Part shown: positions 48,013 through 60,174 of the stretch, in pieces
Layout: every line of letters starts with the position of its first letter
Numbering within the stretch: position 1 is the first letter of the stretch
Assembly: GCA_022813865.1 (NCBI GenBank)
Contig: JALDZX010000022.1
Coordinates: 248,001-312,000, forward strand
Length of the DNA: 64,000 bases
Direction: 5' to 3'
DNA from: Xylographa opegraphella
Taxonomy: Eukaryota
Position numbers and translations under genes: made by a program
Notes under the pieces: model-generated
What the model saw: the letters and a program-made list of their open reading frames with translations, nothing else
The model's database searches: none
Told to the model about the DNA's origin: nothing

Positions 48013-49224
48013 ATGAAGACCGTCAGGTGCAGCGGAAGTCCTTATGAAGTATATGAAATGGTTATATTATAATACGGCAAAGCTAACGATACGAAAGATT
48101 GGTCTACAGCATGGTCAAATCGCGGTTCCAGAGATCAAGCGCGCACTGGTGTTCTACGAGAACCTATTCAAGAGATTGACCAAATTGTCCTGGAACGAAG
48201 TATGTCATGAAGCCTCTAAGTTCATGCCTCTCCTGCAAGAGAGTTGGCCACAGTATGTTGATGAGATCCGAGGTATGCTTGCACATCCGATTTTATTGGC
48301 TATGACTATCAGCTTCGAGGAAGTCGACGTTGGCTCGGGTTTAGGAAAATTGCGTGCATCAGACAAAATGAAGTCTCTCGAACACCACTCTGACGCTGAA
48401 CAGGAGTCTCCGAGGGATCTGAGGTTTCGTTCGAGTCAATATTAGCGCTAAATGTGCGAACGGAGATTGCATACGGCATGTTTGACGATGGATGTACAGC
48501 TCTGTCCTGGAAGGTCGACAATATTAGTATCCTTGCTCAGAATTGGGATTGGCAAACGGAGCAGGCGGAGAACCTTATTCGTCTCCAAATTCGTCAAATC
48601 TCGAATCCTGATATTGACATGATCACTGAAGCTGGCATTATCGGCAAGATTGGTCTCAACTCAGTTGGTGTAGGCGTGTGCCTGAATGCAATTAGGGCTA
48701 AAGGGGTCAGCTTTGACAGACTCCCGTGTCATTTGGCTCTGAGGGCGTGTCTGGATAGCCAGTCCAGGACAGAGGCTGCCAGAATCCTTCAAGCTGCGGG
48801 TGTAGCTAGTTCCTGTCATATCCTGATTGCGGATTCAACCGGCGGCATTGGACTGGAATGTTCATATGTGGATATCGTTGAACTTCCTGCAAACAGTAGC
48901 GGTATCGTGATCCATACAAATCATTATGTCCAAGATCATCCTGGAGTGATAGAGCGCATCGATTTGCCAGACTCTGTCGCAAGATTGGATCGTATTGGCA
49001 AGCTTGTCAGCACTGGCCGAGATGGACCAACGGTAACAACAGTCTCACAAATACTGAAAGACGAGCAAAACTATCCTGTTTCCATATGTCGAGCGCAGAC
49101 TGAAAAGAGTACGACAGCTACATTGTTTTGTATTGTCATGAAGCTCGATGAGAAATCCGCAATCGTCACTGTTGGTCGTCCAGTTCATTCTGTGGATACA
49201 CTTGTCCTAGACCAATTAGATTAG
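48013..49224 (+). CDS. Peptidase C45/acyl-CoA:6-APA acyltransferase-like Ntn hydrolase (penDE/ial-like), 3 exons
   Basis: MKTVRCSGSPYE-IGLQHG, LNVRTEIAYG, autoprocessing site DG/CT (Cys codon 48493-48495), AQNWDW, TEAGIIGKIGLNSVGVGVCLNAI and HTNHY. Confidence 0.9.
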
Positions 49225-49504
49225 TCGATCATCATTTCATGATAGCTTCAGCAGTAGACAGAGATTATTCCCTCAATAGCATAGCATGAATGGTTTGATT
49301 AAAACAATCTTCGTGTTTGGTCTGAGGTGTAATCCTTTTGTATTATGAACAGCCTTCTTCAGCAGATTTGTAAATTGACCAAGGTTCTACCGCTTGACTG
49401 GAAGATGGCAACTTAATCATGCCTTGTTATCTCCGCATCTTTATTAATGTACAAACGGCGAGCAAGCGCTTTTCAGTAGCCCCAGCGTCTCGATGTGAGG
49501 GTCC

Positions 49505-49890
49505 CTAATGTTTCGCCTTCTCCTCTTCCGCATTCGCATTTTTCAGAAAATCCCTATCATTGAACAATATTAGAATACGGATAAGTCTCCAAACTATTAG
49601 TATCTTGATACCACAGCGGAATTACCTACTGTACGAAATCTTCCTCGTCTTTGCTCCTGGCATTGATTGGAGGTCCGTTCTCCTTCTTTTTGGTTTCGCC
49701 CCGCGACATGGCGGCATATGACCCAACAAACATCGTGGCAAGAGTGGCTACGGCAAGCTACAGGCCAGCTGTAAGCATGATACCATAGGAGTGTATGCGC
49801 TGCGAGACACTGGAAGCGATGGGGGGGGAAATGTGGCTTTACATAGTGTGACCCGACCTGCCGGCCTGCAATGGTGTACATGGCGACCAT
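49505..49890 (-). CDS. ATP19: Mitochondrial ATP synthase subunit K, 3 exons
   Basis: Spliced product MVAMYTIAGRQVGSHY-LAVATLATMFVGSYAAM..GPPINARSKDEEDFVQDFLKNANAEEEKAKH*. Confidence 0.93.
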
Positions 49891-50129
49891 CTTGCGAGTG
49901 GTTGCTTAGGGATACGGCTCTGAACAGCGGATGGATGTGGACGTTTAAAGATCTGAGGTAGGAAGGAGAAGCATTTGCGGAATTCAGTAGTCGAGCTTCT
50001 TGCATATATTTACGTAAGCATCAAGCTTCAGAGCTTCCGGATCCCCGCCCCACCGCCCAACGAAGATCGGACAGGAAGACTCGCGCGACATCGTTTTCCT
50101 GTCCGGCTCCTGGTGTTCGCATCGCTAAA

Positions 50130-51161
50130 ATGGGTGGGACAAGTTCCAAGGAAGTGTCTGCGAAGGATACGGTACCTAAAGCCATCGCTCCGGAGGAAAA
50201 CCGACCTTTGTCGACCATCAAAGCTCCAACCGACAATGATCCACTACCCAACGAGCCTTTGCCCAAAAGGCTGCAGAAGATGGTCGATGATGAGGATACA
50301 TTACTCGAGCAGATATATGATGGAAGGTCAGTTGCTATGGGCCCTCATCAGTCACGCGGCCTCTGCTGAAGTTTCTAACTTAATCGACGTAGCTAATCGT
50401 CCTCGCAGTGCCAATGCCACCACCGATTCTAACCTCCGCTATGCAGCTTATGCTTCTCGGGCGCGAACCATACTCCTCTCCGCTCACCGCTACGTAGCAT
50501 ACACGTCCGATATAGGCGAATCTTTTCGGCCGATTGCACATCCATGGATTGTTAGAGGCGCCTACGGTATATCCTGGGCATACCTTGTTGGCGACGTCAG
50601 TCATGAAGGATACAAGGCGTACTTACGACAACAGCAAATTGTTCACCCGGGTACTCCAGGTGTCGTCTCTGAAAGAGCACACGATGCGACGGACAGTGGA
50701 GCAGGAACACGGGTGGCTGGCGAGCTGAAGCCAGGGAAAGTACCACTTATCGAGGATTATCGAACCGTGATGGTGCAAAGAGCAATCTTCCAGGGTCTGG
50801 CGAGTATGGGTCTACCGGCGTTCACGATACATAGTATTGTGAGGTATTCGGGGCAGGCGCTGAAGAACGCGAAGAACACGACGATTAGGACCTACGGGCC
50901 GATTGGGGTAAGCGTTGCACTCCGTTCATAATGTTCGAGGTTTTTTAATTGATGATGTACTCATAGCTTGGTCTGGCCGCTGTGCCATTCTTACCATACA
51001 TGTTTGACAAGCCTGTAGAGAATGCGGTCGAATGGACTTTCCACAAAGCATTTGAGCAATTTGGAGGACCAGATGCTGTTGGGCATTCGCCGACAATGGG
51101 CAGAGAAGCCCAATTACAGCGTGAAAGTTCCAAAGGCAGGGTCAAAGAGAAGGAATTGTAG
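50130..51161 (+). CDS. MTP18: Mitochondrial fission process protein MTP18/MTFP1, 3 exons
   Basis: RYVAYTSDIGESFRP, AYGISWAYLVGDV, FQGLASMGLPAFTIHSIV and GLAAVPFLPYMFDKPVE. Confidence 0.9.
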
Positions 51162-51571
51162 ACTTGATGCAGGGCCTTGTTTTCGGCTTAGGGTTTCATC
51201 TCCAATATGGTTAGCATCAATGGCATATAACTGAGTGGTGTTATCTTCTGCTTTCCATCCCACAACTTAGACAGTTGATGATCATTTGCCAACAACTTGA
51301 TTTGTGTGAAATCATAGGTGTGAGTTAAGACTATTATTGCAACTTTCTCGAACTTCATACTCGGCATCGAGCCGAGGTTTTTTATGATCATGCTTCGGAT
51401 GCTGGAAGCTGGGTTATGCTGATATCTAGCCAGTGCACAACGAGGACCACAGATATTGTTGAGGTGCGATGAAAGACGATCAGGGGGTATCTGGGCGAGG
51501 TTGTTCTGCACGTCTGAGATCATGAGCACCGGCTAACGAAATAAACGATAGAGCCATGTTTTCTTGTCAAG

Positions 51572-52354
51572 TTGCCTTTGGAAATTTGCACCATGATTTA
51601 CACCTTTCTCTTCTTCTCCAATAGTTGTGACACATTTATCTGCTGCTGGGGGCGATTGAAGATTCCATCTTTGACTTACAACATCCTCAATCATGATCCT
51701 GCGAGCGAAAAGTTATGGAATGCCGTTGATATAGCCATTTTCTTGACTTCCAAGGCCATCAGCAACGAAGCCAGAGGCATTTTCTATAGCAAAGGCATCT
51801 TCAGATTCAATAGTATTCAGGCCACGACCCTCCTACAACGACCGCAAATACTGGACCATCTCAGAGAACTTCAAATAGAGGATACCTCGGCTAATCAGCG
51901 ACTTTGGAAGCTAAATTGGATGTTGGACCGATTGTCTGCCCTCCCTTTATTAAGACGGCTAGTTGTGGGTTCTAATATAGTAGGAGATTACATTAAACTA
52001 ATTAACAAGAGAGATCGGCCCTATCAGAGCCGTCGTAACAAGACAAGTAAACTACCAGAGGATATCATAATCTACTCGACCGGAGAGAAATACGATAGCT
52101 TATACCGCCGATTGAACGAAGCAATCGAAATCCAAGCTGCTTGTGGACAATATTGTCAGGAAAACGAGTTGCTCCGAACGATTCAATCTTCTCTGCTCCA
52201 CTGTCCCAGGGTATATGTTCTTGAGCTATCATCGTATCCAAAAGTCCAGTTCGTTCACTTCAGGAAGAAATTCAAGCATGCGAAGTCTCTGGTTGCGTAT
52301 GGAACCCAATCCCAGGTGGAGCACTCATCAGAGTCCGAGCAAGGCGTTGATTGA
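51572..52354 (+). CDS. Hypothetical protein with N-terminal F-box-like motif (true start uncertain; probable upstream exon)
   Basis: FLVKLPLEICTMIYTFLF and IFLTSKAISNEARGIFYSKGIFRF are typical of fungal F-box-like orphans. A GCTAAC..AG acceptor lies just upstream. Confidence 0.65.
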   Translation: MPLEICTMIYTFLFFSNSCDTFICCWGRLKIPSLTYNILNHDPASEKLWNAVDIAIFLTSKAISNEARGIFYSKGIFRFNSIQATTLLQRPQILDHLRELQIEDTSANQRLWKLNWMLDRLSALPLLRRLVVGSNIVGDYIKLINKRDRPYQSRRNKTSKLPEDIIIYSTGEKYDSLYRRLNEAIEIQAACGQYCQENELLRTIQSSLLHCPRVYVLELSSYPKVQFVHFRKKFKHAKSLVAYGTQSQVEHSSESEQGVD

Positions 52355-52800
52355 ACACCATCTGTCAGCCGAAACTTTTTATACAATCGACGGCCAGTGC
52401 TTAATTCGTTTTTTGGGGCTGTTGGTAAAGTCAACACATTGAATGGGTGCTAATGGATATGAGACTGAGTGGACGTGCTTCCCAGTGGAGAAGACATCAG
52501 CCTGAACTACAGGTATGCTAAATTGTCCGTTGAGGAAATTATTGCCTGAGAACACGATTACTCCACATCATTATGGAACTACATAGCTTGGGGCAAACTC
52601 GTGAACTTCTTGATCCTAGCGTCGCCAGCATAGAATCACACATCTATTCTATGTGTTCTATACTTTACACATGTGCCAATATTATAACATCATCCAAAGA
52701 AACGCCTGTATATGAAGCCCGAAACCGTCTAGACCCCCCTCCCAAGTCTACATCAGTCCCATTCCTTCTCCCAACTCCCACTTCAGGACCGTTGTACCCC

Positions 52801-53742
52801 TCACAACCATTGCATCAACCATGCCCTCACCCTCCCATTCACCACCCCACCCACCCCAAACGCCGGCACCACTCGCCCCATTCGCGCCAGCGCCGCCCCA
52901 GCCCAATCCCTTCTGATCCTCCTCCACCGATCCCCCCACCCTACCTCTCTCCCCGACCTGTTATACAAATCCAAGCCCAACAAATGCACCGGCGTACTGA
53001 AAATCTGCACTCCCGCAGGCGCCAAGAACTGCGCCGCGTTCTGGCTACCCAGCACAGGCGCCAGCAGTGGGGGCACATTGAAGGACGCAAAGACGGTCAA
53101 CGAGTCGCGCAGGGCGAAGAGCGCGAGCGCGGTTTTCGGGACCACCTTTTTGAGCGTGGAGGTCGAGGAATGGGAGCCGAACATGCGTGCGAATTGGGCG
53201 TCTTTGTAAAGGCACAGTGACATATTGGTGGCGGTGGTGGCGAGGAATTTGGCGGGGCCCGCGGAGACGGTAGAGGCGGGGAGGGCGGTGATTGTGGATG
53301 TGATGGTGTCGGTGAGGTTCGCGGTAGTGTAGGTGCCAAAGTATAGGAGGGTCACGAGAAGGGCGGGCGGGGAAATAAGGAAGTGGTGGGGAGAGGAGAC
53401 GGCGATGCGGATGGAGGAGCGCAGGAGGATAGGTAGAGGGGTGGGAGTCGATGTGCGGAGGATGATAGATCTAGCGGGTGGTAGAGGTGTTAGTTGATGG
53501 CTCTGTAAGACGGAGGTTTCCGGGTGGATTGTTAAGGAAGATTGGGGAGAGGGAACTTGCTTGTCGATGATGGTTATTATTTGGGCCACGAGAGTAGATG
53601 CGCAGAAAGCGGCAGTGAGATCCGAAGCAATGCGCCTTGGAAGGTTATGAGTATTCCGTCTGTCAGGAACCATTGAGCTCTCAATGAGCGCCTTCACCGT
53701 TGGTGCGGATGTTCGGACGTCCGATGGAGCAGTCGACGCCAT
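52801..53742 (-). CDS. Conserved fungal membrane protein resembling a degenerate mitochondrial carrier; GC-AG intron 53471-53560
   Basis: DLTAAFCASTLVAQIITIIDK-SII, YFGTYTTAN, LYKDAQFARMFG, RDSLTVFASF, QIFSTPVHLLGLDLYNR and ARMGRVVPAFGVGGVVN. Confidence 0.75.
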   Translation of the reverse strand: MASTAPSDVRTSAPTVKALIESSMVPDRRNTHNLPRRIASDLTAAFCASTLVAQIITIIDKQVPSPQSSLTIHPETSVLQSHQLTPLPPARSIILRTSTPTPLPILLRSSIRIAVSSPHHFLISPPALLVTLLYFGTYTTANLTDTITSTITALPASTVSAGPAKFLATTATNMSLCLYKDAQFARMFGSHSSTSTLKKVVPKTALALFALRDSLTVFASFNVPPLLAPVLGSQNAAQFLAPAGVQIFSTPVHLLGLDLYNRSGREVGWGDRWRRIRRDWAGAALARMGRVVPAFGVGGVVNGRVRAWLMQWL

Positions 53743-54066
53743 AGATGGACTGTGGGCGATAAAGTAGGTCGAGAAGCTCGACCAATTTCAATTGCTCGTG
53801 ATAGCATCTCTTGGACTGTCTTTGTGTTTATCCAATGGTGGTTCTTACCCACTGGTCAGTGAAATTTCCAGATTCTCACAAATTCCGATGTCGCATGTAA
53901 GCGCACTCTGTAAGCTCGGAAAGCACCCTAATCCACAAAAGGATTAGTGAAGAACAGAAGTCACAATAAAGCCGACTTGAGAAAATAGCATTGATACGCC
54001 CTCGCTCCTTTTATTCCAGACAGGTTTGCTAGTGCGTGCTATATACAGAGATTTCCCAGACGAATG

Positions 54067-55609
54067 CTATGATACAGATGGCTTTTCAGCGGCATCTAAA
54101 GGCTCGCCAACCCCCAAAGCGTGGAAGCCATTGAGAGTGACTTTGACAGCGCCGGCTTGAACGAGCTACAAGCAATTAGCATAAAGAGACGTATTTATTG
54201 GGACTCCCTTGACTCACCGCCCTACTCAAGTCGTCGATCAAGTCATCCGCATCTTCGATTCCCACACATAGCCGGATGATATCTTCAGGCAGTGCCCTCT
54301 CTTTCCTCGTTTTCGGATCTATACTCGCATGGCTCATTCTGCAAGGCATGCTGATGAGACTGTTCACACAACCGAAACTGACACTGATGGCCCACAGTCT
54401 TGCTGCTTCCACGATCCGCTCACTTACATTGATATCTCCTGTTTCAAAAGAAAGCACAGCGCCAGCGCCTCGTGCCATGGAATTATGAAGAGCGTACTGA
54501 GGATGAGATTTGAGACCCGGATACCGCACACGAAATCCATGAGCTTCGAGGAACTCTGCGATCCGTTGTGCATTGGATTGTTGTTGTTCCATGCGGACCT
54601 TCAGCGTCTTAACTCCACGCATGAGCAGCCAGGAATCGAAAGGAGCCAGGCCACATCCTGAAGCATTGATCGTGAAGTAAAGCTTCTCCCCTAGAGCACT
54701 GTTGTTCACAGCAAGAACTCCGGCCATAAGATCGTGATGCCCTGAGAGGTATTTGGTGCCACTTTCATAGACAATATCGGCGCCAAGATCCAACGGGTTT
54801 TGCAAAAGAGGTGATAGCATAGTATTGTCTACAGCGACCAGGGACTTGGCATTTGCGTCGTGTACCAATTTCGCGATAGTTGGTATGTCGACGATTTTGA
54901 TCAATGGGTTTGTGGGTGTTTCGAGTAGTACCATAGCAGTCTTCGGACTTAGCACTTCTCTTACTTTCTCTGGATTGGTGGTGTCGACGTGATATACTAT
55001 GATCCCACCATTGGTTGCAAGGTATTTTAGCAGCCGATTGGTGCCTCCATAAAGATCATCTCCAGTCACAACCTCGTCTCCAGGCCGTAGTAATCTTGTG
55101 ATGACATCGAGAGCACCCATACCGGAAGACACAACCAAGGCTCGCTCCGCAGACATGATCTTCGCCAAATGCCGTTCCAGATGTGTCCGCGTTGGATTAC
55201 CGGATCGTGTGTAGTCGTATTCGCCGCCTCCACCTCCAGAAGTCTGCTTGAAGGTCGCTGACTTGAGCAGATATATACGTCAGTCTTGTCCTTATATGGT
55301 GACGACGGAGCGTCCAAGGAACATTGTTCTCCGCTATTGTGCTGTGCTGGAATTGAAGGCTTATTCGAAGGCGCTTACCTGATATATGGGAGTGCTACTT
55401 GCATTGTACTGATCGGTGCCTTCTGTATAGACTAACTCTGTTGCCAAGGCATATTTTCTACCATTGCGGGGACTGGATGGTGCTGGAGATGGTGGTAGGT
55501 TGTGCCCTTCCAGATCGAGGTTCGAGAACGCCTTTCCAAGGCCATTAGATTTCTTTGATGGCACTCCGGATTCCCGATCTCCCACCGGCGATTGGCCACA
55601 ATCTGACAT
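54067..55609 (-). CDS. STR3: Cystathionine beta-lyase (PLP-dependent), 3 exons
   Basis: ASSTPIYQ-SATFKQ, YDYTRSGNPTR, LLETPTNP, VDNTM, PLP motif ESGTKYLSGHHD, SVSFGCVNSLISMP and IRLCVGIED. Confidence 0.93.
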
Positions 55610-56218
55610 GATGGTTTCAAAATGTTCGCCAACAAAAAATAGGTGATTGTAAATCGGAGTCGTCTTTGAGTCAAATGCTTTTCGTCGTGGCCAAAACAAT
55701 GTACGATGCAAAAGAAAGGTTATAGACTCGGTATAGTAGGTCTTGAGTTGTCTCGGTCCAGTGTTCGAGCGTTCGAAATTGTGTAGGAATACCTAACGTA
55801 TTACAGCGCCATATGAAAGTTTGGTGTTTCGGAAGCACAACCTCTCCGATCATCGGATGACGCCATTTCTCACCGTCGACAAGCACGCCCGAGGCCAGAG
55901 AGTGCCCATATTTTATGGAAAAAAAAGCTCGCCATGGACTATTCATCTTATACCTACGGTGGTTTAGGAGATATGTCGACTTGATCCGGGAATACTAGAT
56001 ATTATTGTTTGGCAGCATCAACCGCCATCGCCACTATACAGAGCGTTACATAAGTTATTTCCTAGTCTATCTGACTTCTATATGTGATTGTGGCTGAGTG
56101 GTATATATGTACAAACTCTTGACTCCAGTGATCTTTCCTGATATCGTATCTTTTCAACAAAACACCTGAGCCCTCGAACCATCTAATGCAGTGAGTATCA
56201 TTAGCAGATATCTGCGCG

Positions 56219-57576
56219 CTAAGGCTGCTCTGGGTCTTCGCTATCCTCGGTTTCGACATCTTCGGCTTCAGACGTCCCAGATTCGGGACTTATTGTGTTT
56301 AACCTAGACTTTGGCATCGGTTGCCGTGATACAGCATCCCTTATAATTTGACTCCCGCCTGCAGTACCAAAGAAGTCTGAGGTCCTCAAACCCCTGACAT
56401 CGTTCGCGTCAATAGTGCTCATCCGCGCACCAGAAGCTTTTTTCTGTTTAATAAACTCTCTTACAGGAGCCATTGCCGCATCTCGGCATGCTTCTTTTAT
56501 GTCACTTCCTGACATGCCAGCGGTGACTCTGACCAAATACTCCAAATCAAAGTTGTCCTTGTCGACCTTTGTATCTCTGAGTACAAGACCAAGAATACGT
56601 AGTCGCTGAGGAGCAGAAGGTAAGGACACCGGGAACTTTTTAGGCATTCGCCGTAATATGGCTTCATCGATATCTTGTATCCGGTTGGTCGCTCCGAGGA
56701 TCAATATTCGTTGAGGCTCTCCATATGTGTTCGAAGAGGTCAGACCATCCCAGTGGGTCATAAATTCTGCTTTGACCATGCCGCTAGCTTCGTGCTCGCT
56801 ACTTCTTCTTTGACCTAAAACTGCGTCTATTTCATCGATAAAAACAATGGTTGGCTGTAACTTTCGTGCTAACGAGAAAACTGCATGGACCAATTTATTT
56901 GAGTCTCCGAACCACTTCTCTGTGAGTGTTGAAATATGTAGATTAATAAACGTGGCACCACTTTCGCTTGCCAGCGCCTTAGCAAGCATAGTCTTGCCAC
57001 ATCCTGGCGGGCCATATAGGAGAACGCCTGAGGGCGCCGAAAGAAGAGGCGAGGAGCGTGAGTAAAGGTGAGGCATAGTCAAAGGATATATGACAGATTC
57101 TTTAAGCTCTTCAATTATATCGTTAAGTCCACCGATATCTATGCGCTATCAGCACCACGAAGTCTCCCATTCTGGAAATCATCGGGAATTACCCTCAAAG
57201 GTCACGGAGATGTCCTCTGGCGCAATCACTTCCGTTGCAATAATCTGCTCATATTGGTTGAGAGTCAGGTCTTCTTTCCTGGATCGTCGAGGCACGCCGG
57301 CTTCCCCGTCCGCCAGCTCTTTTATTCGTTCTCTTTCGTCCAGTCTCTGCAGGACAGCCGCGGCGCCTGCCTTGCGCTTCTTGTCCTCCTCTGGTTCCAT
57401 ACGCGATAACACATAGCGAACGAGGTAGTAGACAGAGATGTTCTAGTAACCATCAGTTATGTGTTCACAGCGTTTGATTCCTGTCTCAGATCTGTACGTG
57501 CAAACCGGGGCGGACATACCGCAGCTGCAAGGAGGACTAAATCCTGAACAAGACCTAGCTTGTTTCTGGAAGCCAT
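56219..57576 (-). CDS. MSP1: Mitochondrial/peroxisomal AAA ATPase Msp1/ATAD1, 3 exons (alternative in-frame ATG at 57597)
   Basis: N-terminal [18 protein letters not shown], Walker A GPPGCGKT, Walker [28 protein letters not shown] and [18 protein letters not shown]. Confidence 0.95.
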
Positions 57577-57882
57577 AGTAGAGGAATTAGGAGCCATGCA
57601 GCGGGTTCAGTGCAGAAGGATTGACCAGATCTGCTCCTAGGGCGCCTACTCTACGGAGTACTCGTTGTCGTTATGTTTGTGAATGCTGCGGAGCGGGCTG
57701 CTGTTCTCGTCATTAGCAGCTTCGACCGCCACAGTTTGTGGCGCATATCTATCAGCCTTGTTTATGGTTTCACGCTAGAGCTTGACACGCGAAGCACGAC
57801 GCCTCACTGTTTACTTTCCTGTAATGTTTGCACGGCAACGAAGCAACATTTAAATTCAACGAGCAGCCGGATAAGACGCAGT

Positions 57883-59638
57883 ATGCCCAAAGCAAAAGCT
57901 ATATCATCACTGTCTGGAATGATTGACTCGGACATGGACGAGCTGAGCGATGTTGAGATGATGCCCACCCCAGACTCAAACCAGGAAAATACTGAGCCTA
58001 CGAAGAAAGTAGCTGGAAGGCCTAAAGCTGCTACTACCAAAGCAAGGAAAACAAAGGCGTCTTCGCGGCGACTTAGTGTCGGACCGAAGCCCAAACCTGC
58101 CGCAAAGGAGAAAGGACCTGTTAAACGGGCAGCATTGAAAGAGCAGACCAATGAAGAACATGCTGGCGACGTTGAGGAGGTAGATGAATTTGTGGATGAC
58201 GTTCAAGGACCTTTGTCTCATCAGGAAGTAGAGCAGCCACAAGGAATGTCAGATATTCCAGTTGAAACCAAGAAAAAGCCCGGAAGGAAGCCTAAAGCCA
58301 CAACAAAACGGAAGCAGAATGCAGAAACAGACATTCCGGATCCAGTGAAGGTTGTAGAAAAGGATGGCGAGTTCGAGTACACCCCTACGGCTGCTCGACA
58401 GAACAAGCTGGTCTCTAAGGCATCTGTAGCCACCAAAAATGCGTCTGCCAAGTCGCAGTCTATAGACCCAATGGACGAGGACGAGAAGACAATACCCGAG
58501 ACGCAACCCGCACCATCAGACATGGATGAGTTTGGTTTGCCACAGGAAGATGAAGAAGAACCAATTCCACAATCCATTTATCGTCAGGTCAAGAATGCCC
58601 GATCTAGTTCAAAGCAACCACAGCAAAATGCCGTGCGGCGACGAGCTGGGAGTGCATCGGATACGGAGCGAGCAGGCAACGATCCAGCCACCAGACGAAA
58701 ATTAGGAGAAATGACCAAGAAGTTCGAGAACTTAGATATGAAATATCGAAACCTGCGTGAAGTGGGCGTCAAAGAGGCCGAAGCAAATTTCGAAAAGCTC
58801 AAAAAGCAGTCCGAGGAGAGGGCCAAAGGTACGGTTCTCCCGAAGCATTGTCACTTGTATAATCCGAGCTAACATTCATATCATAGCCGCCAACGATCTA
58901 ATAGCGTCTCTCAGAAAAGAACTCACAACGCAAAAGTCTCTAGCTTCAGAAGCCAAGACGATCCGCACCACCCTCACCAGTACAGAAACCTCGCTCTCAG
59001 CCGCTCAAGCACAGATCGCTGAGCTCTCGGCCTCTCTACTCGTAGCCCAGAACGAAACAAAAGCGCTCAGCGCCAAACTCGCTGCCTCTCGTAGCGCCTC
59101 TGCCACAATCGAATCCACTTCCAACCACGCAAAAACTCCTGGAAGCGCCCTGAAGGGCAAGAACGCCGGGACACGGACAATCATGGTCGGAAGTGCAGAA
59201 GCGGCGCAAGCCGCACAAGTGGCGCAATTGAAGGAAGAATTGTATGCGGATCTAACGGGACTACTGCTCAGGGGCGTAGACAGGCTGGACGATATGGATG
59301 TGTACGATTGCATACAAACAGGTAGAAACGGAAGTAAGTCTTCCTACCTCGATTTCCCTGACACTCTATCTCCTTGTTCCTCCATCTCCATTACAGCCCG
59401 CTAAACTATCCTCCCAGCCCTCCATTTCAAGCTCGCCGTCGCCACCGACACGTCCGCCACCGTGAGCTACGAGGAAACCGAGTTCACATACACGCCGCGC
59501 TTGGACAGCAATCGCGACCATGACCTGCTCGATATCTTGCCAGACTACCTGACCGAGGAGATCACCTTCTCGCGACAGAATGCGGCGAAGTTCTACTCGA
59601 GGGTCGTGGAGACGCTGACGAAGCAGGTCAAGGAGTGA
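57883..59638 (+). CDS. CSM1: Monopolin subunit Csm1/Pcs1, 3 exons
   Basis: Coiled coil (RNLREVGVKEAEANFEKLKKQ), then LKEELYADLTGLLL, YDCIQTGRNG-LHFKL and LPDYLTEEITF..AAKFYSRV. Confidence 0.9.
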
Positions 59639-60174
59639 CGTTCTTAGGACCAGACGGGATCGTAGTCCGGGCTTGGGGATTCCTGACGGCGTTCATGAGA
59701 GTATATATTGTTGAGCCAGGGGGGTTGGCTCAGGTGTATCATAAGGTGCTTTGTCATATCTGCAGGAACGCCTGACTATTCATTCTTATTGAGAAGACTG
59801 CGATGTACACATAGCCTTGAAGCGAAAGGCTACTTGTTCAGATCTCGTTAGTCTCATTGCAGACAGGTGTACTCATTTCGGGATGATGTACACTCTAGCT
59901 ACCTCGAAGCGTCCAAAGACATCCACAGACTCCGTGGGCATTGCGCTTATGATTGCCCTCAAGTCCACCATCTGAATGTCATCAGCTCTAGACAGCCAAG
60001 TCTGGCTATCCGTAATACGTCCAAAACATCGTACAAGGCACCGTCCGTAGCATAAACCACCCATTCCCGAAAAGGATATCACAAGATTCTCGAAAGTACA
60101 TGCACTCTCGACCATCCCATATCGAACGAAGATACACCGCAGCCAGCACACATCACTGACGACCGCAACGCTCC

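Noticed and set aside
9821..51195. Scattered single TTAGGG hexamers and short (TAGG)n runs (e.g. 9821, 31743, 32387, 51188)
   Set aside because: No tandem telomeric array; the frequency is compatible with chance or ordinary promoter motifs.
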